Below are positions 1-9,520 of a stretch of DNA of 64,000 nt, in pieces. A model generated the notes under the pieces. It did no database searches. It was not told where the DNA came from and saw only the letters and a program-made list of their open reading frames with translations. Within the stretch, counting starts at the first letter, position 1; each line of letters starts with the position of its first letter. The stretch covers positions 4,800,001 through 4,864,000 of the forward strand of contig OX638351.1 in NCBI GenBank assembly GCA_951813565.1, in the 5' to 3' direction. Position numbers and translations under genes: made by a program. The DNA is from an uncultured Poribacteria bacterium. GTDB lineage: Bacteria > Poribacteria > WGA-4E > WGA-3G.

Positions 1-214
1 CATCAACCATCTCACGGACAATGTGTAGATTTGCCGATTCACCCTGAAACGCACCATCTAAATCAACAAGGTGTAAGTATTCTGCGCCTTCTGCATGCCA
101 CCGCGTTGCCATTTCCACAGGTGAATCTGAAAAGACAGTCTCCTGTTCCGCGATTCCCTGTACCAGATTTACACACTTGCCACCACGTAGGTCTATTGCC
201 GGTAAAATTTGCAC
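1..214 (-). CDS. hisA: HisA isomerase (ProFAR isomerase), 5' part; runs off the window edge
   Basis: Not in the ORF track. Manual translation from GTG at 214: MQILPAIDLRGGKCVNLVQG...AEYLHLVDLDGAFQG, with the PAIDL and HLVDLDGA motifs of HisA; GGAAAGGA RBS upstream. Confidence 0.92.
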   Translation of the reverse strand, partial: MQILPAIDLRGGKCVNLVQGIAEQETVFSDSPVEMATRWHAEGAEYLHLVDLDGAFQGESANLHIVREMVD

Positions 215-229
215 TGTTGTTCCTTTCCA

Positions 230-1129
230 CTATTCTTCTCGGAAGATTCCGAGTAACTTCAATTGCGCTATTGAGATAATAGCGATAATGATAAATAACA
301 CCCATCCGATTGTTGCTGCGTAGCCGAGACGCATAAACTGAAAGCCGTTTTTGTAAAGATACATCACAATGGTTGAGCCAGCATCAGCAGGTTCACCGCC
401 ATTCGTTAAAATATATGGCAGGTCAAAGAGTTGAAATGAACCAATCATAGATACGACAATCACAAAGGCAATAACTGGTCGTAAAGAGGGGAGCGTGATA
501 TGCACAAACGACTGCCACCAATTCGCACCGTCGACCGCCGCTGCCTCATACAATTCCTGTCGAATTCCTTGTAATCCTGCTAAAAAGTAGATCATGTTGA
601 ATCCTGCCCACTGCCAAACACCTGTTAGTATAACCGCAGGCATTACATATTTACCCTCACTTAGCCAGCCTATTTCCTTACCAAATAGTATAAATTCATT
701 GTTGATTAATCCGGCGCGTTGGTCATAGATAAGATTAAATATAATTGCAACAAATACACCAGCAACCAGGACAGGGGCGAAGAAGGCGAGTCGCAGAAAA
801 TTCTTTCCTTTAACGAACTTTGCGTTGAGCAGAATTGCGAGTAGTAATGCTATCGGTAATTGGAGTATGAGCGTGCCAAGTGCAAAATATGTCGTATTCC
901 ATAGTGATTTCCAGAAAATCGGGTCACGAAATAGGTCTGTAAAGTTACTGAAGCCAACAAAGATTCTACTTTGGAATCCGCGCATCTCATAAAAACTCAT
1001 GATGAGCGATGAGATTAGCGGGTACCCCATAAAGATTACAAAGAGAATATAAAATGGCGCAATAAAAAGATAAGGAGCGACTTTCTGTTGCTGATTCCAA
1101 AAGTTATATCTATTCCGTTCCGTTTTCAT
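230..1129 (-). CDS. Carbohydrate ABC transporter permease (MalF/UgpA-like)
   Basis: Multiple TM helices; EAA loop 'LYEAAAVDGANWWQSFVHITLPSLRP'. Confidence 0.92.
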   Translation of the reverse strand: MKTERNRYNFWNQQQKVAPYLFIAPFYILFVIFMGYPLISSLIMSFYEMRGFQSRIFVGFSNFTDLFRDPIFWKSLWNTTYFALGTLILQLPIALLLAILLNAKFVKGKNFLRLAFFAPVLVAGVFVAIIFNLIYDQRAGLINNEFILFGKEIGWLSEGKYVMPAVILTGVWQWAGFNMIYFLAGLQGIRQELYEAAAVDGANWWQSFVHITLPSLRPVIAFVIVVSMIGSFQLFDLPYILTNGGEPADAGSTIVMYLYKNGFQFMRLGYAATIGWVLFIIIAIISIAQLKLLGIFREE

Positions 1130-1144
1130 CAGTAACTCCTAATT

Positions 1145-1418
1145 TAACGTGATTTTGATATAAGAAATTGGTTCATCACGTAGATCCAATTGAACCAAGA
1201 CAGACCCAACGTAACACCCAAAACGTCAGTCTTTGCTCCAGCGGAGCAATATGTCTATAGCAGCTATCCGAACCGACGTTTCCGCTCCAGCAGAGCGGTC
1301 CGTAATTTTATCACACATAGCACTCCGCTGGAGTGCTGGAACATATCCGTCATCAAATATGCGATAGCGTGATATTATTGTGTTGGATTTCTCTAACCTA
1401 CATGTCGAACTCACGTTA
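1145..1418. mobile_element. MITE with TAACGTGA(G/T)TT(C/T)GA terminal inverted repeats, carrying REP-like hairpins
   Basis: Left taacgtgattttga, right tcgaactcacgtta; internal gctccagcggagc / gcactccgctggagtgc hairpins; the same end motif recurs near 28012, 39273 and 56940. Confidence 0.6.
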
Positions 1419-1443
1419 ATTTATAGTAAAACCTATAATTATA

Positions 1444-1811
1444 CTATACTTTGGACAATTTTAGCTGTTTTCGTGAGGTTGGGTTAGAGAAAAACATATA
1501 GTTTTCATATTGGACACCTGTCGCCCCGCTGGGGCTGAAGCGGGTTGTTTACCGCGTTTCTATACACCTATCGCCCCGCTGGGGCTGCCCAAAAGGTATT
1601 TTTGGACGAGTTCTTTCAGCAAGCAAAATCGCAGAAAATATAAATAATATAAGATGACACCTTAGCCCCAGCGGGGCGACAGGTATATAGAAGAAGGTAA
1701 TTGCCGCTGTCTAAAGCCCCAGCGGGGCGACAGGTGTCCAATATTTTGCTTTGGACACCTAACAGTTTCTCAGCAAGTCCTCGAACAATATGTAAATTGT
1801 CCAAACTATAG
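1444..1811. mobile_element. 368-bp MITE with ends of the IS4/IS701-like element at 24711-27135; four internal GCCCCGCTGGGGC hairpins
   Basis: TIRs ctatactttggacaattt / aaattgtccaaactatag; 10-bp TSD tataattata (1434-1443, 1812-1821); near-identical copy at 38632-38997. Confidence 0.85.
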
Positions 1812-1819
1812 TATAATTA

Positions 1820-2723
1820 TAGTTAAAATCATAAATATATTTACATTTTTCCGTTTTTGTGATAATAGTTATATTATGAGATATTCACAAGACGGACGAA
1901 AACGCGTTCTTGATTTCATAGCAGATGGTAATAGTAAAGCAGAAACTTCTCGCAGATTTCAAGTTTCACGCCGTTGTATCTATAACTGGTTAGACGCAGC
2001 CGACCCTTTTACTTACGAAAAACCGGGGCCTCGTAAACCTTATCGGCTTGACCCAGAAGCACTCGCTGAACATGTCAAAGAGTTCCCAGACAGCACGCAG
2101 AAAGAACGCGCTGCACATTTTGGCGTGTCGCAGCGTTGTATCTGTTATCATCTGAAAAAGATCGGATACACACGTAAAAAAAGACATTCACCTACAAGGA
2201 ACAATGCGCTGTAAAACAGGATATCTATCGCGCTCAGCTTCAGATGGCACTTCAAAACGGAAAAATACCTGTTTTTGTTGATGAAAGCGGTTTTACTACA
2301 GAAAGTGTTCGGCAGTATGCTTATGCGCCGAAAGGAGTTTGCGTTACGGATAAAATCTCAAGTAATCGGTATAGAAGCACGACGCTCATTGCTGCGCAAA
2401 TCCAGGGGCGTTTTACAGCACCTGTGCTTTTTGAAGGTGCTTGTGATACGCTTGCCTTCAATGCGTGGCTTGAGAATGTGCTGTGTCCACTACTTGACGC
2501 ATCGCATGTTGTCATATTGGATAATGCGTCTTTCCATAAAAGCCAGCAAACAGAGGCATTGATTACTGCTTCCGGTGCGAGTTTACTTTTTTTACCTCCG
2601 TATTCGCCTCAACTTAATCCTATTGAAAGAGATTTTGCGAACATAAAGCGCAAATGGGAATACAATGCCGAAGCGTCAATTGACGAAATCATAAAAATGT
2701 CCAAGTAATTATGGTTTCCACTA
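1820..2723 (+). mobile_element. IS630 family insertion sequence
   Basis: TA duplication, imperfect TIRs tagttaaaatcataa / ttatggtttccacta, two-ORF transposase. Confidence 0.9.
1876..2708 (+). CDS. IS630 transposase (orfA 1876-2214 + orfB to 2708, joined by predicted -1 frameshift)
   Basis: HTH N-terminus; AAAAAAAG slippery site at RKK; the -1 frame reads into VFVDESG...LDNASFH...PYSPQLNPIE (DDE). Confidence 0.88.
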
Positions 2724-3066
2724 TAATGGGACACTTCTGTAGCGCAAACTTTATGAAGTTTAAGAAAATGAATCGGTAATTTTGCGAGGTTAGGAAACCT
2801 CGCCAGCAGAGGTGGACACATGGCTTGTGCAGACAGGAAATTACCGAATTAAAAAATTAATCTTCATTTAGTTTGCGTCTCATAAGGCACAAACTAAAAG
2901 TTTGTGCTACAACTTCTATTGTCCATTATCTTTCCAAGACAAGTTTAGCAAAGTGTCCCAATAATTTCAAAGTTCACTATACATAAAAATATTAGATGTT
3001 TATCTTTCAGTTTGTGGCGTTTGTAGTCGCGCAATTTATTGCGCCTCTTATATTTACAGTATATGC

Positions 3067-4422
3067 CTACATTTTCCCCCAACGTTCTTGATCTTTTGCA
3101 ATAATTGATCTGACCCTTTCAGCGAGTTCCGTCAAGGCTTGCCGAGGTGTCTGTTTTTCAGTAACGGCATTGAAAATCGCATCATTCAACAAATCCGCTG
3201 CTTCAGACCAATAGGGATTCTGATAGCGTGGCGGTAAATCGGGCGCAAGCTCAATAAACAATTCTCCAAGTGGCTGCCCTCCCAAGTAAGCATCTGGTTC
3301 TTTGTAAATTGGTGCGTCCCATGCTGCTTTGAGAGGTGGAATAATCCGCGTTGTTTCATAACGGTTAATCAGACCTGCTTTATCAAAATAGGCGAATTTC
3401 AGTAGTTCCCATGCCAAGTCTGGATTTTTGCACTGCTTTGTGATACCGATCATTGTACCACCACGTGTTGTGGTGCGTCTATCTCCTACTTCCCACGCTG
3501 GCATACCGATAGCCTTCCACTTACCTGTCATCTGTGGCACTTGACTTTTGAGGATACCGACATACCAATCCGGTGCGAGGATAGAAAGTATCTTACCGTC
3601 TTGCATTGCAGCGAAGTTGCTTGGATCACCATGCCAAGTCCCATAAACCGGCGTAGCGATTTTGTGTTCATTGAACAGCGATGTAAAAAACGCTAAGGTT
3701 TCAATTGCAATATCACTATCAATAACAACGTTTCCTTCTGCATCAAAAAATCCACCGCCTCTTTGCAGCAGCAGGTTAAAATAGTCGCTTTCTGTCTTGT
3801 TATCCAACACAATCGCATATTGGTCAATTTTACCGTCACTATCAAGGTCGCGAGTAGCTTTCTTCCCAGCAGCAATAAAATCATCCCACGTTTCAATATC
3901 GGTCATTTCAACACCGGCTGCTTTAAAAAGGTCATCTCGGTACAGCAGAACAACGGGATGTAAGTCATGTGGGATACCAAAGATTTTCCCACGGTATGAC
4001 CACGGTGTGAAGCGGCTGACGACAAGTTTATCCATCCAACCTTCACTTTCTAAACGGGGACGAAGGTCAACAAAACCAACCTCGTCTATATCTCCTTTTA
4101 AGAAACGACCAATAGATGTAATTTCCACTTCAACAACGTCCGGTGCACCAAAATCGGATAGCAGGGCGGTGAGAAGTTTATCGTGCATCGTGCCACCATA
4201 ATTGATGAGTTGAATGTTAATTTCTGGATGTAATACCTCAAAGATTGGCACGCGTGCCTGATATTCTTCGTAATGGGTGTTGGCGAAAATCCAAAATTCC
4301 AGATTTTCACCTTTTTCTTTCGCAGGCGCAAAAATGAAAAGGCAGGAGATGAGAAAAAGAACCAACATGACCATCGGTCCCTTGCCGAGTGGAAAACCCT
4401 CTATATCATAAGGAATACGCAT
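3067..4422 (-). CDS. Sugar ABC transporter substrate-binding protein
   Basis: Family 1 extracellular solute-binding features; likely start MRIPYDIEG at 4422 with GAGG RBS; hydrophobic anchor. Confidence 0.85.
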   Translation of the reverse strand: MRIPYDIEGFPLGKGPMVMLVLFLISCLFIFAPAKEKGENLEFWIFANTHYEEYQARVPIFEVLHPEINIQLINYGGTMHDKLLTALLSDFGAPDVVEVEITSIGRFLKGDIDEVGFVDLRPRLESEGWMDKLVVSRFTPWSYRGKIFGIPHDLHPVVLLYRDDLFKAAGVEMTDIETWDDFIAAGKKATRDLDSDGKIDQYAIVLDNKTESDYFNLLLQRGGGFFDAEGNVVIDSDIAIETLAFFTSLFNEHKIATPVYGTWHGDPSNFAAMQDGKILSILAPDWYVGILKSQVPQMTGKWKAIGMPAWEVGDRRTTTRGGTMIGITKQCKNPDLAWELLKFAYFDKAGLINRYETTRIIPPLKAAWDAPIYKEPDAYLGGQPLGELFIELAPDLPPRYQNPYWSEAADLLNDAIFNAVTEKQTPRQALTELAERVRSIIAKDQERWGKM

Positions 4423-4471
4423 AAATGCCTCTAATGTAAGCCTAATTGATTTCAGCATTGTCAAATTTGAC

Positions 4472-4500
4472 TTGACTTTTTCAAATTTAACCATTAAAAT
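4472..4500 (+). promoter_or_regulatory. Putative sigma70 promoter
   Basis: TTGACT-17 nt-TAAAAT upstream of the FmdB-family gene. Confidence 0.5.
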
Positions 4501-4550
4501 TTATCAAATCATGTGTATTTTATCAACAAAGAAATGAAGGAGAATTTTAT

Positions 4551-4859
4551 ATGCCTACGTATGATTATAAGTGTCTTGAGTGTGATATTCAGTTTGAGAA
4601 GTTTCAAGGTATTACAGCACCACCGCTTGAAGAATGTCCTGAGTGTAACGGTAAAGTAAAACGACTCATCGGAGCGGGTGCTGGATTGATTTTCAAAGGG
4701 TCCGGTTTTTACATTACCGATTATCGGAGTGAAGGATACAAAGAATCCGCAAAGAAAGATAAAAACGCATCGTCAGACAAAAGCGAAAAAAGCAAGAAAA
4801 AAGAGAAGAAAACTGACACAAGTAGTGAATCAAAGACCAAGCCCAGTGACTCCGACTAA
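4551..4859 (+). CDS. FmdB family zinc-ribbon protein
   Basis: MPTYDYKCLEC...CPECNG...IFKGSGFYITDY and a Lys/Ser-rich tail. Confidence 0.9.
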   Translation: MPTYDYKCLECDIQFEKFQGITAPPLEECPECNGKVKRLIGAGAGLIFKGSGFYITDYRSEGYKESAKKDKNASSDKSEKSKKKEKKTDTSSESKTKPSDSD

Positions 4860-4987
4860 ATGATAGTAAAATATGAGAATATACGTACTCCCTTGTAGGC
4901 GCGGTTTGAAACCGCGCCTATCGCAGTGATAAGAAAATCACGGTTTGATAATAATAGTTGCTAATACGCAACTTTTTAGGAGATGCT

Positions 4988-5932
4988 TTGCACAATCATA
5001 GCCACCAACATCACCATCACGAGGAAGAACATTCACATAACCATCAGACACATCTGCAGAAGAAATTTAAGATTGCGGTGTTTGTTACGTTTTTTGTCTT
5101 CCTTGGAGAAGTTATCGGAGGAATCTGGTCAGGAAGTCTTGCATTGCTAAGTGATGCTGCGCATGTGATGTCTGATGTGATCTCACTTCTGATAAGTTGG
5201 TTGGCTATCTATTTATCAACTCGTCCTGCAACATCATCCCGCACTTTTGGGTATCATCGCGCTGAAGTTTTCGCAGCGTTTCTCAACGGAGTGTCGCTCA
5301 TCGGTATCTCCGGTTGGATTTTTTACGAAGCATACAACAGATACAATTCACCTACTGAAATTAAGGTGACCGGCATGTTTATTGTGGCATGTCTCGGCTT
5401 TGTTGCGAATCTGTTTATCTTATGGCAACTGCATGGTGAAAGTCATGGCAACCTAAACGTTCGGAGCGCGGTGCTTCATGTGATAGGGGACACGCTTTCA
5501 TCTGTTGCTGTTGTCGTTGGTGGTGCGATTATATTTTGGACAGAATGGTACCCAATTGATGCGATCCTCAGCTTCCTCATCGGTGGGGTAATACTCTTTG
5601 GTGCCATTAATGTGACGAGAGAAGCGGTTCATATCCTGCTTGAGAATTCGCCGCGCAATGCTGACGCACACACTGTGGCTAAACATCTTTGCGATTTAGA
5701 TGCCGTTAAAGATGTGCACGACATGCACATTTGGTCATTATGTTCCAACTATAGCGCATTGAGCGCACACGTGGTCATTCACGAAAATACTACCCTTGCG
5801 CATGACCAGATTCTGCAACAAATTAACACCGAATTGCAACAACGTTTCGGGATTAACCATACAACCCTCCAACTTGAACAGGTTGCGTGTACACAAGCAG
5901 GAAACCTGCTTTGCAATGCGCAACACTCATAA
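4988..5932 (+). CDS. Cation diffusion facilitator (CzcD/ZitB-like) with His-rich N-terminus
   Basis: SLALLSDAAH, HVIGD and VHDMHIWSL motifs; likely TTG start after AGGAG. Confidence 0.9.
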   Translation: MHNHSHQHHHHEEEHSHNHQTHLQKKFKIAVFVTFFVFLGEVIGGIWSGSLALLSDAAHVMSDVISLLISWLAIYLSTRPATSSRTFGYHRAEVFAAFLNGVSLIGISGWIFYEAYNRYNSPTEIKVTGMFIVACLGFVANLFILWQLHGESHGNLNVRSAVLHVIGDTLSSVAVVVGGAIIFWTEWYPIDAILSFLIGGVILFGAINVTREAVHILLENSPRNADAHTVAKHLCDLDAVKDVHDMHIWSLCSNYSALSAHVVIHENTTLAHDQILQQINTELQQRFGINHTTLQLEQVACTQAGNLLCNAQHS

Positions 5933-5957
5933 CCCTGCTTCTTAACAACTTAACCAT

Positions 5958-6566
5958 TTAACCGTGTTCTTCTTTTAAACGGTGTGCTTTCCGAATCAGC
6001 GAGACATCTTTTGAAAATCTTTGAGTTGCTCTGACGAGTCCGTCTACATGGGACACCATATCTCTTTCAACTTGCACAATGCGATTCATCAAATAAGGTT
6101 GGTTGCTTTTTTGTATGGCTTTTCTTATTATTGAGAGAAGGTACATATAGATCGTATCTGCTTCACTTCCCTCAATAGCGATTGCTATGGCAAACGCCTC
6201 ATCTAATGAAATTTTCCCACTTTCTACCTTCGATTCATGAGCATTGAGAGCGTCTATAATTTCTTGAATCGAAATATCAGGTAGTGGTGCTATCGGTGAG
6301 GAAGATTTTTCAGTGTTTCCAGCAGATATAGGCGTGTCAATTCCGAAAGCTTCTACACACAAAGCGCGACCGAAATCTACAAGAATATAGTGTTGCCACT
6401 CCTCGGTACTCATCCTTTCCCAAAATCGCGCTATCCGTTCATCAACATCCCCCAAAAGTAGTGCGAAAGATGCGTACAATTTGGCTTGTCGCAGTTCAAG
6501 GTCTTGACAAATATCAAAGAGTTCTTCTAAAGTCAATGGTTTTCCTTTCTTAAAAGTAGTAGGCAC
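5958..6566 (-). CDS. Ferritin/rubrerythrin-like four-helix protein
   Basis: Helical protein with E and EExxH-type ligands (LELRQAKLY, EEWQH, IEGSE, VSH). Confidence 0.5.
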   Translation of the reverse strand: MPTTFKKGKPLTLEELFDICQDLELRQAKLYASFALLLGDVDERIARFWERMSTEEWQHYILVDFGRALCVEAFGIDTPISAGNTEKSSSPIAPLPDISIQEIIDALNAHESKVESGKISLDEAFAIAIAIEGSEADTIYMYLLSIIRKAIQKSNQPYLMNRIVQVERDMVSHVDGLVRATQRFSKDVSLIRKAHRLKEEHG

Positions 6567-6671
6567 ATGCCGTGTACCATAATTATCGTTAGATATAAAA
6601 CATTCACTGGTAGGCGCGCTTTGTGAGCGCGCGGGTGATGGGATCGTTTATTGTAATATCTACTATATCTT

Positions 6672-7709
6672 CTATATTTGAAGCGGCAAAGAAATTGCAG
6701 CACCAGACGATATACTCCGCGTGACCGCTTCCGTAAACTCCATATACTTAACCCCAGTGTCAAAATCGGTATGTGTGATAATCTCCTCACCGCGGATAGC
6801 ATTCACAAACTCTTCTTCTACTCGCCACGCACCTTCTTCCTCAGCGGGAATATCAATTTCATTCAATTCATCGTCTTCTTTTTGACCACCGTAGAGTTTA
6901 TTTCCTGAGAATCGCAAAGTCCCTTGACTGCCAAAAATAAAAACCTCAGGCGCACCAGCCAACCCAGTTACTGCAGAGATTTGCATGTGAAGTTGTGCAC
7001 CGCAGGCAAGTTCACCGACAACATCAATATGTTCAGGAATACGGACTGCCCGCATGACACCTTCAGCATCAGGACGCATTTTGACGAACGTTTTACCTAT
7101 TGCCATAATTTTTGTTGCTTCTCCGACCCAGCGCATCAATGCCTCATACCAAATTCCCATACTCATGATATTCATGCCACTGAGATCAAAATCTTGCCGC
7201 CACTGCAGCGGTGATTCGCTATCCAGAAACGCGCCGCCTGCACACACTTCAATGGCAAGCACGTCTCCGATATACCCTTCAGCAATCAGACGTTTTATTG
7301 TTTTGTCAACTCGGAGTGTCATCGGTGAAGGAACAATCTGCGCGGTAAGTCTTGATTTCCGACGTGCCATCATACGCATTGCGTGTGCTTCACGGGCGTT
7401 CATTGCCATTCGTGCCTCACACATCACATGCTTGTTTGCCATAAGTGCTGAAACGGTTGCACGGCAGTGCATGTAGGGCCATGTTCCAATGACGATCGCA
7501 TTCGTTTCTTTATCGTCAATTGCATTCTGCCAGTTGTCGTAGATTTTAGGGATGCCGAACTCGTCCGCTACCCGTTGCGATGACTCACGACTCCGATTAC
7601 AAACGCCAATAATCTCAACGTCATCAATTGCTTGTAGTCCTGGGATATGTCGTGATGTTGTGTTTCTGCCTGCGCCAATGATACCGACTCGGACTGTTTC
7701 TGATGCCAC
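6672..7709 (-). CDS. Gfo/Idh/MocA family oxidoreductase
   Basis: VGIIGAG Rossmann motif; KHVMCEARMA variant of the EKP motif. Confidence 0.88.
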   Translation of the reverse strand: MASETVRVGIIGAGRNTTSRHIPGLQAIDDVEIIGVCNRSRESSQRVADEFGIPKIYDNWQNAIDDKETNAIVIGTWPYMHCRATVSALMANKHVMCEARMAMNAREAHAMRMMARRKSRLTAQIVPSPMTLRVDKTIKRLIAEGYIGDVLAIEVCAGGAFLDSESPLQWRQDFDLSGMNIMSMGIWYEALMRWVGEATKIMAIGKTFVKMRPDAEGVMRAVRIPEHIDVVGELACGAQLHMQISAVTGLAGAPEVFIFGSQGTLRFSGNKLYGGQKEDDELNEIDIPAEEEGAWRVEEEFVNAIRGEEIITHTDFDTGVKYMEFTEAVTRSISSGAAISLPLQI

Positions 7710-7790
7710 TTAATTTGCTCCTTCACCTTCTGTATTGTAATTTTGATTTTATCAGAAAATCGCAGTCCTGTCAAGGGAACTTCTTCAACA

Positions 7791-8029
7791 AGGTGTGTAA
7801 AGTTTTTGTAGAAATCCGCACAACTCCTATTTTAGGGGGGGAATGCCAAAAGGCATTCATACCCGGTGAATGACTAAATGTCGTTCATACCGTTGATTTC
7901 TTGATTTGGTGCCTGCTGCCCGTTGCATGGCACGTCCTGCGCAGTAGCGGGACAGGGACCCCGCCCTACAGTGGAAAACGCCGCGTAATCATTGCAAATT
8001 GAACCTATGTAACCAATATTTACACACCT
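7791..8029. mobile_element. MITE with GGTGTGTAAA ends (IS256-like) carrying REP and AATCAAC-hairpin modules
   Basis: aggtgtgtaaa / tttacacacct; homologous to 62577-62753 and 57380-57499. Confidence 0.7.
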
Positions 8030-8134
8030 TTTTCTGCAGATTTTCTTGACATTCCTGATAATACCAAGTATAATTAACGAAAATCGTGTAATAATAACCA
8101 ATTTGCCACGGTTTTTGATATTAGCATGATATAA

Positions 8135-8153
8135 GATAATGAGATTCGTTATC
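8135..8153. promoter_or_regulatory. Fur box
   Basis: gataatgagattcgttatc, 16/19 match to GATAATGATAATCATTATC, upstream of iron uptake genes. Confidence 0.8.
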
Positions 8154-8199
8154 AATTTACAATTAACTCTCAAGTCTATTTGGAATTTGATTTGACGGA

Positions 8200-8240
8200 C
8201 TATCTAATATGATATTGAAACTCAATATCATATTAGATAG
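8200..8240. promoter_or_regulatory. 41-bp palindrome with perfect arms containing a second Fur-like box
   Basis: ctatctaatatgatattga-aac-tcaatatcatattagatag; core 8211-8229 is 15/19 to the Fur consensus. Confidence 0.7.
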
Positions 8241-8251
8241 GGTTTATATTT

Positions 8252-9466
8252 ATGAAAAAACAAATGATTTTCCCGACAATTCTGGGGATTTTTATTTTAC
8301 TTAGTGTTGGTGCTGTTGCTGATGACAACCCATTTTCCGTTTCTGGATACGGCATAATTAATTACGCTAACTTTGATTGGGAACTTGACCCGAACAGACG
8401 TGCAGCCATTGACGTAGAACGATTCGTTGTCGCACCGAAATACCGTATCAATGACACCATCCGACTTGAAGCGGAAATAGAATTTGAACACGGTGGCACC
8501 GGTAGCACGATGGAATTTGACAAATTTGAAGAGTTTGGCGAGTTCGAAACGGAAATTGAAAAAGGCGGTGAAGTGATCGTAGAAAAACTCGCTGCTGTTT
8601 TTTCTATACAACCTGCCCTTAACTTCCGCGTTGGGCATATCATTGTCCCTATAGGGCTTGTTTCGAAACGGCACCGACCACAACACTACTTTACCACAAC
8701 CCGTCCTGAAGCAGAGGCACATATCATTCCGACTATATGGCACGAAACCGGTGTTGAAATTTTTGGCACACTCGGTGCTTTGAAATACCAAGCGCAAATT
8801 ATCAATGGTTTGGACTCAACCGGCTTCAGTTCTCGGCACTGGATTGTCCGCGGACATCAGTTGCGGTTTGAGACGGTCAACGCTGAGGCACCCGCGTTTG
8901 TCGGACGACTTGATTATGCGTTTCATGAAAACGCAACCGTCGGTATTTCTGGTTATTTTGGAGACACTGCGGCAAATCGACCGAAACCGGATGTGAATTT
9001 TGATGCTCATGTCGGGATTGTAAGTCTACACGGATTTTACGAGGTGAATGCAGTAAGAGTCCGAGGATTGTTCTTATGGGGAGCACTTGAAAATGCTGAC
9101 AAGTTGTCTAAAGTCAACCGCACTCTCTCCAATAACCTCAATGTGAAGCGCACACCGATAGGTAGTTCAGCAATCGGTTGGTATATTGAAGCGGGTTACG
9201 ATGTACTATCATTGTTCAGAAAAGCCAAAACATCCTCACATGTATTGGATGTGTTTGCACGTTACGATTATTACGATACGATGGCGAGTGTTGAAGGGAC
9301 TATCTTTGACAATCCTCGGTGGGAAAGAACCACGTGGACTTTTGGGATTAACTACCACGTGCACCCGCAGTTGGTATTCAAGAGTCACTATTCACTACGA
9401 CGGTTAGCTACCAAAGACAAAAACAAGGAAAATACTTTGGCAGTTGGTTTCGGTTTTCAATATTAA
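8252..9466 (+). CDS. Outer-membrane porin-like beta-barrel of imelysin/DHOR iron uptake loci
   Basis: Signal peptide, EIEFEHGG motif, amphipathic beta-strands, C-terminal GFGFQY; gene context. Confidence 0.75.
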   Translation: MKKQMIFPTILGIFILLSVGAVADDNPFSVSGYGIINYANFDWELDPNRRAAIDVERFVVAPKYRINDTIRLEAEIEFEHGGTGSTMEFDKFEEFGEFETEIEKGGEVIVEKLAAVFSIQPALNFRVGHIIVPIGLVSKRHRPQHYFTTTRPEAEAHIIPTIWHETGVEIFGTLGALKYQAQIINGLDSTGFSSRHWIVRGHQLRFETVNAEAPAFVGRLDYAFHENATVGISGYFGDTAANRPKPDVNFDAHVGIVSLHGFYEVNAVRVRGLFLWGALENADKLSKVNRTLSNNLNVKRTPIGSSAIGWYIEAGYDVLSLFRKAKTSSHVLDVFARYDYYDTMASVEGTIFDNPRWERTTWTFGINYHVHPQLVFKSHYSLRRLATKDKNKENTLAVGFGFQY

Positions 9467-9520
9467 CACATATTTGCGCGGTAGGAGACCGCGTTTAAAA
9501 ACCAAAAAACGGAGATTTTT

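Larger units (their letters stand above)
1424..2979. mobile_element. IS630-type MITE shell interrupted by two nested elements
   Basis: After removing the inserts, the ends read tagtaaaacctataattaatgggacactt and (revcomp) tagtgaactttgaaattattgggacactt, flanked by TA; the right half recurs near 39413-39528. Confidence 0.6.

Noticed and set aside
1511..1741. CRISPR-like spaced repeats (acacctgtcgccccgctggggc)
   Set aside because: Only two direct plus two inverted units, identical spacers in the second copy near 38700, enclosed by TIRs and a TSD, and no cas genes: a MITE.
1616..1804. Duplicated small ORF (also 38802-39098)
   Set aside because: Lies within the MITE hairpins; the repeated TCRPAGA is just translated repeat DNA.
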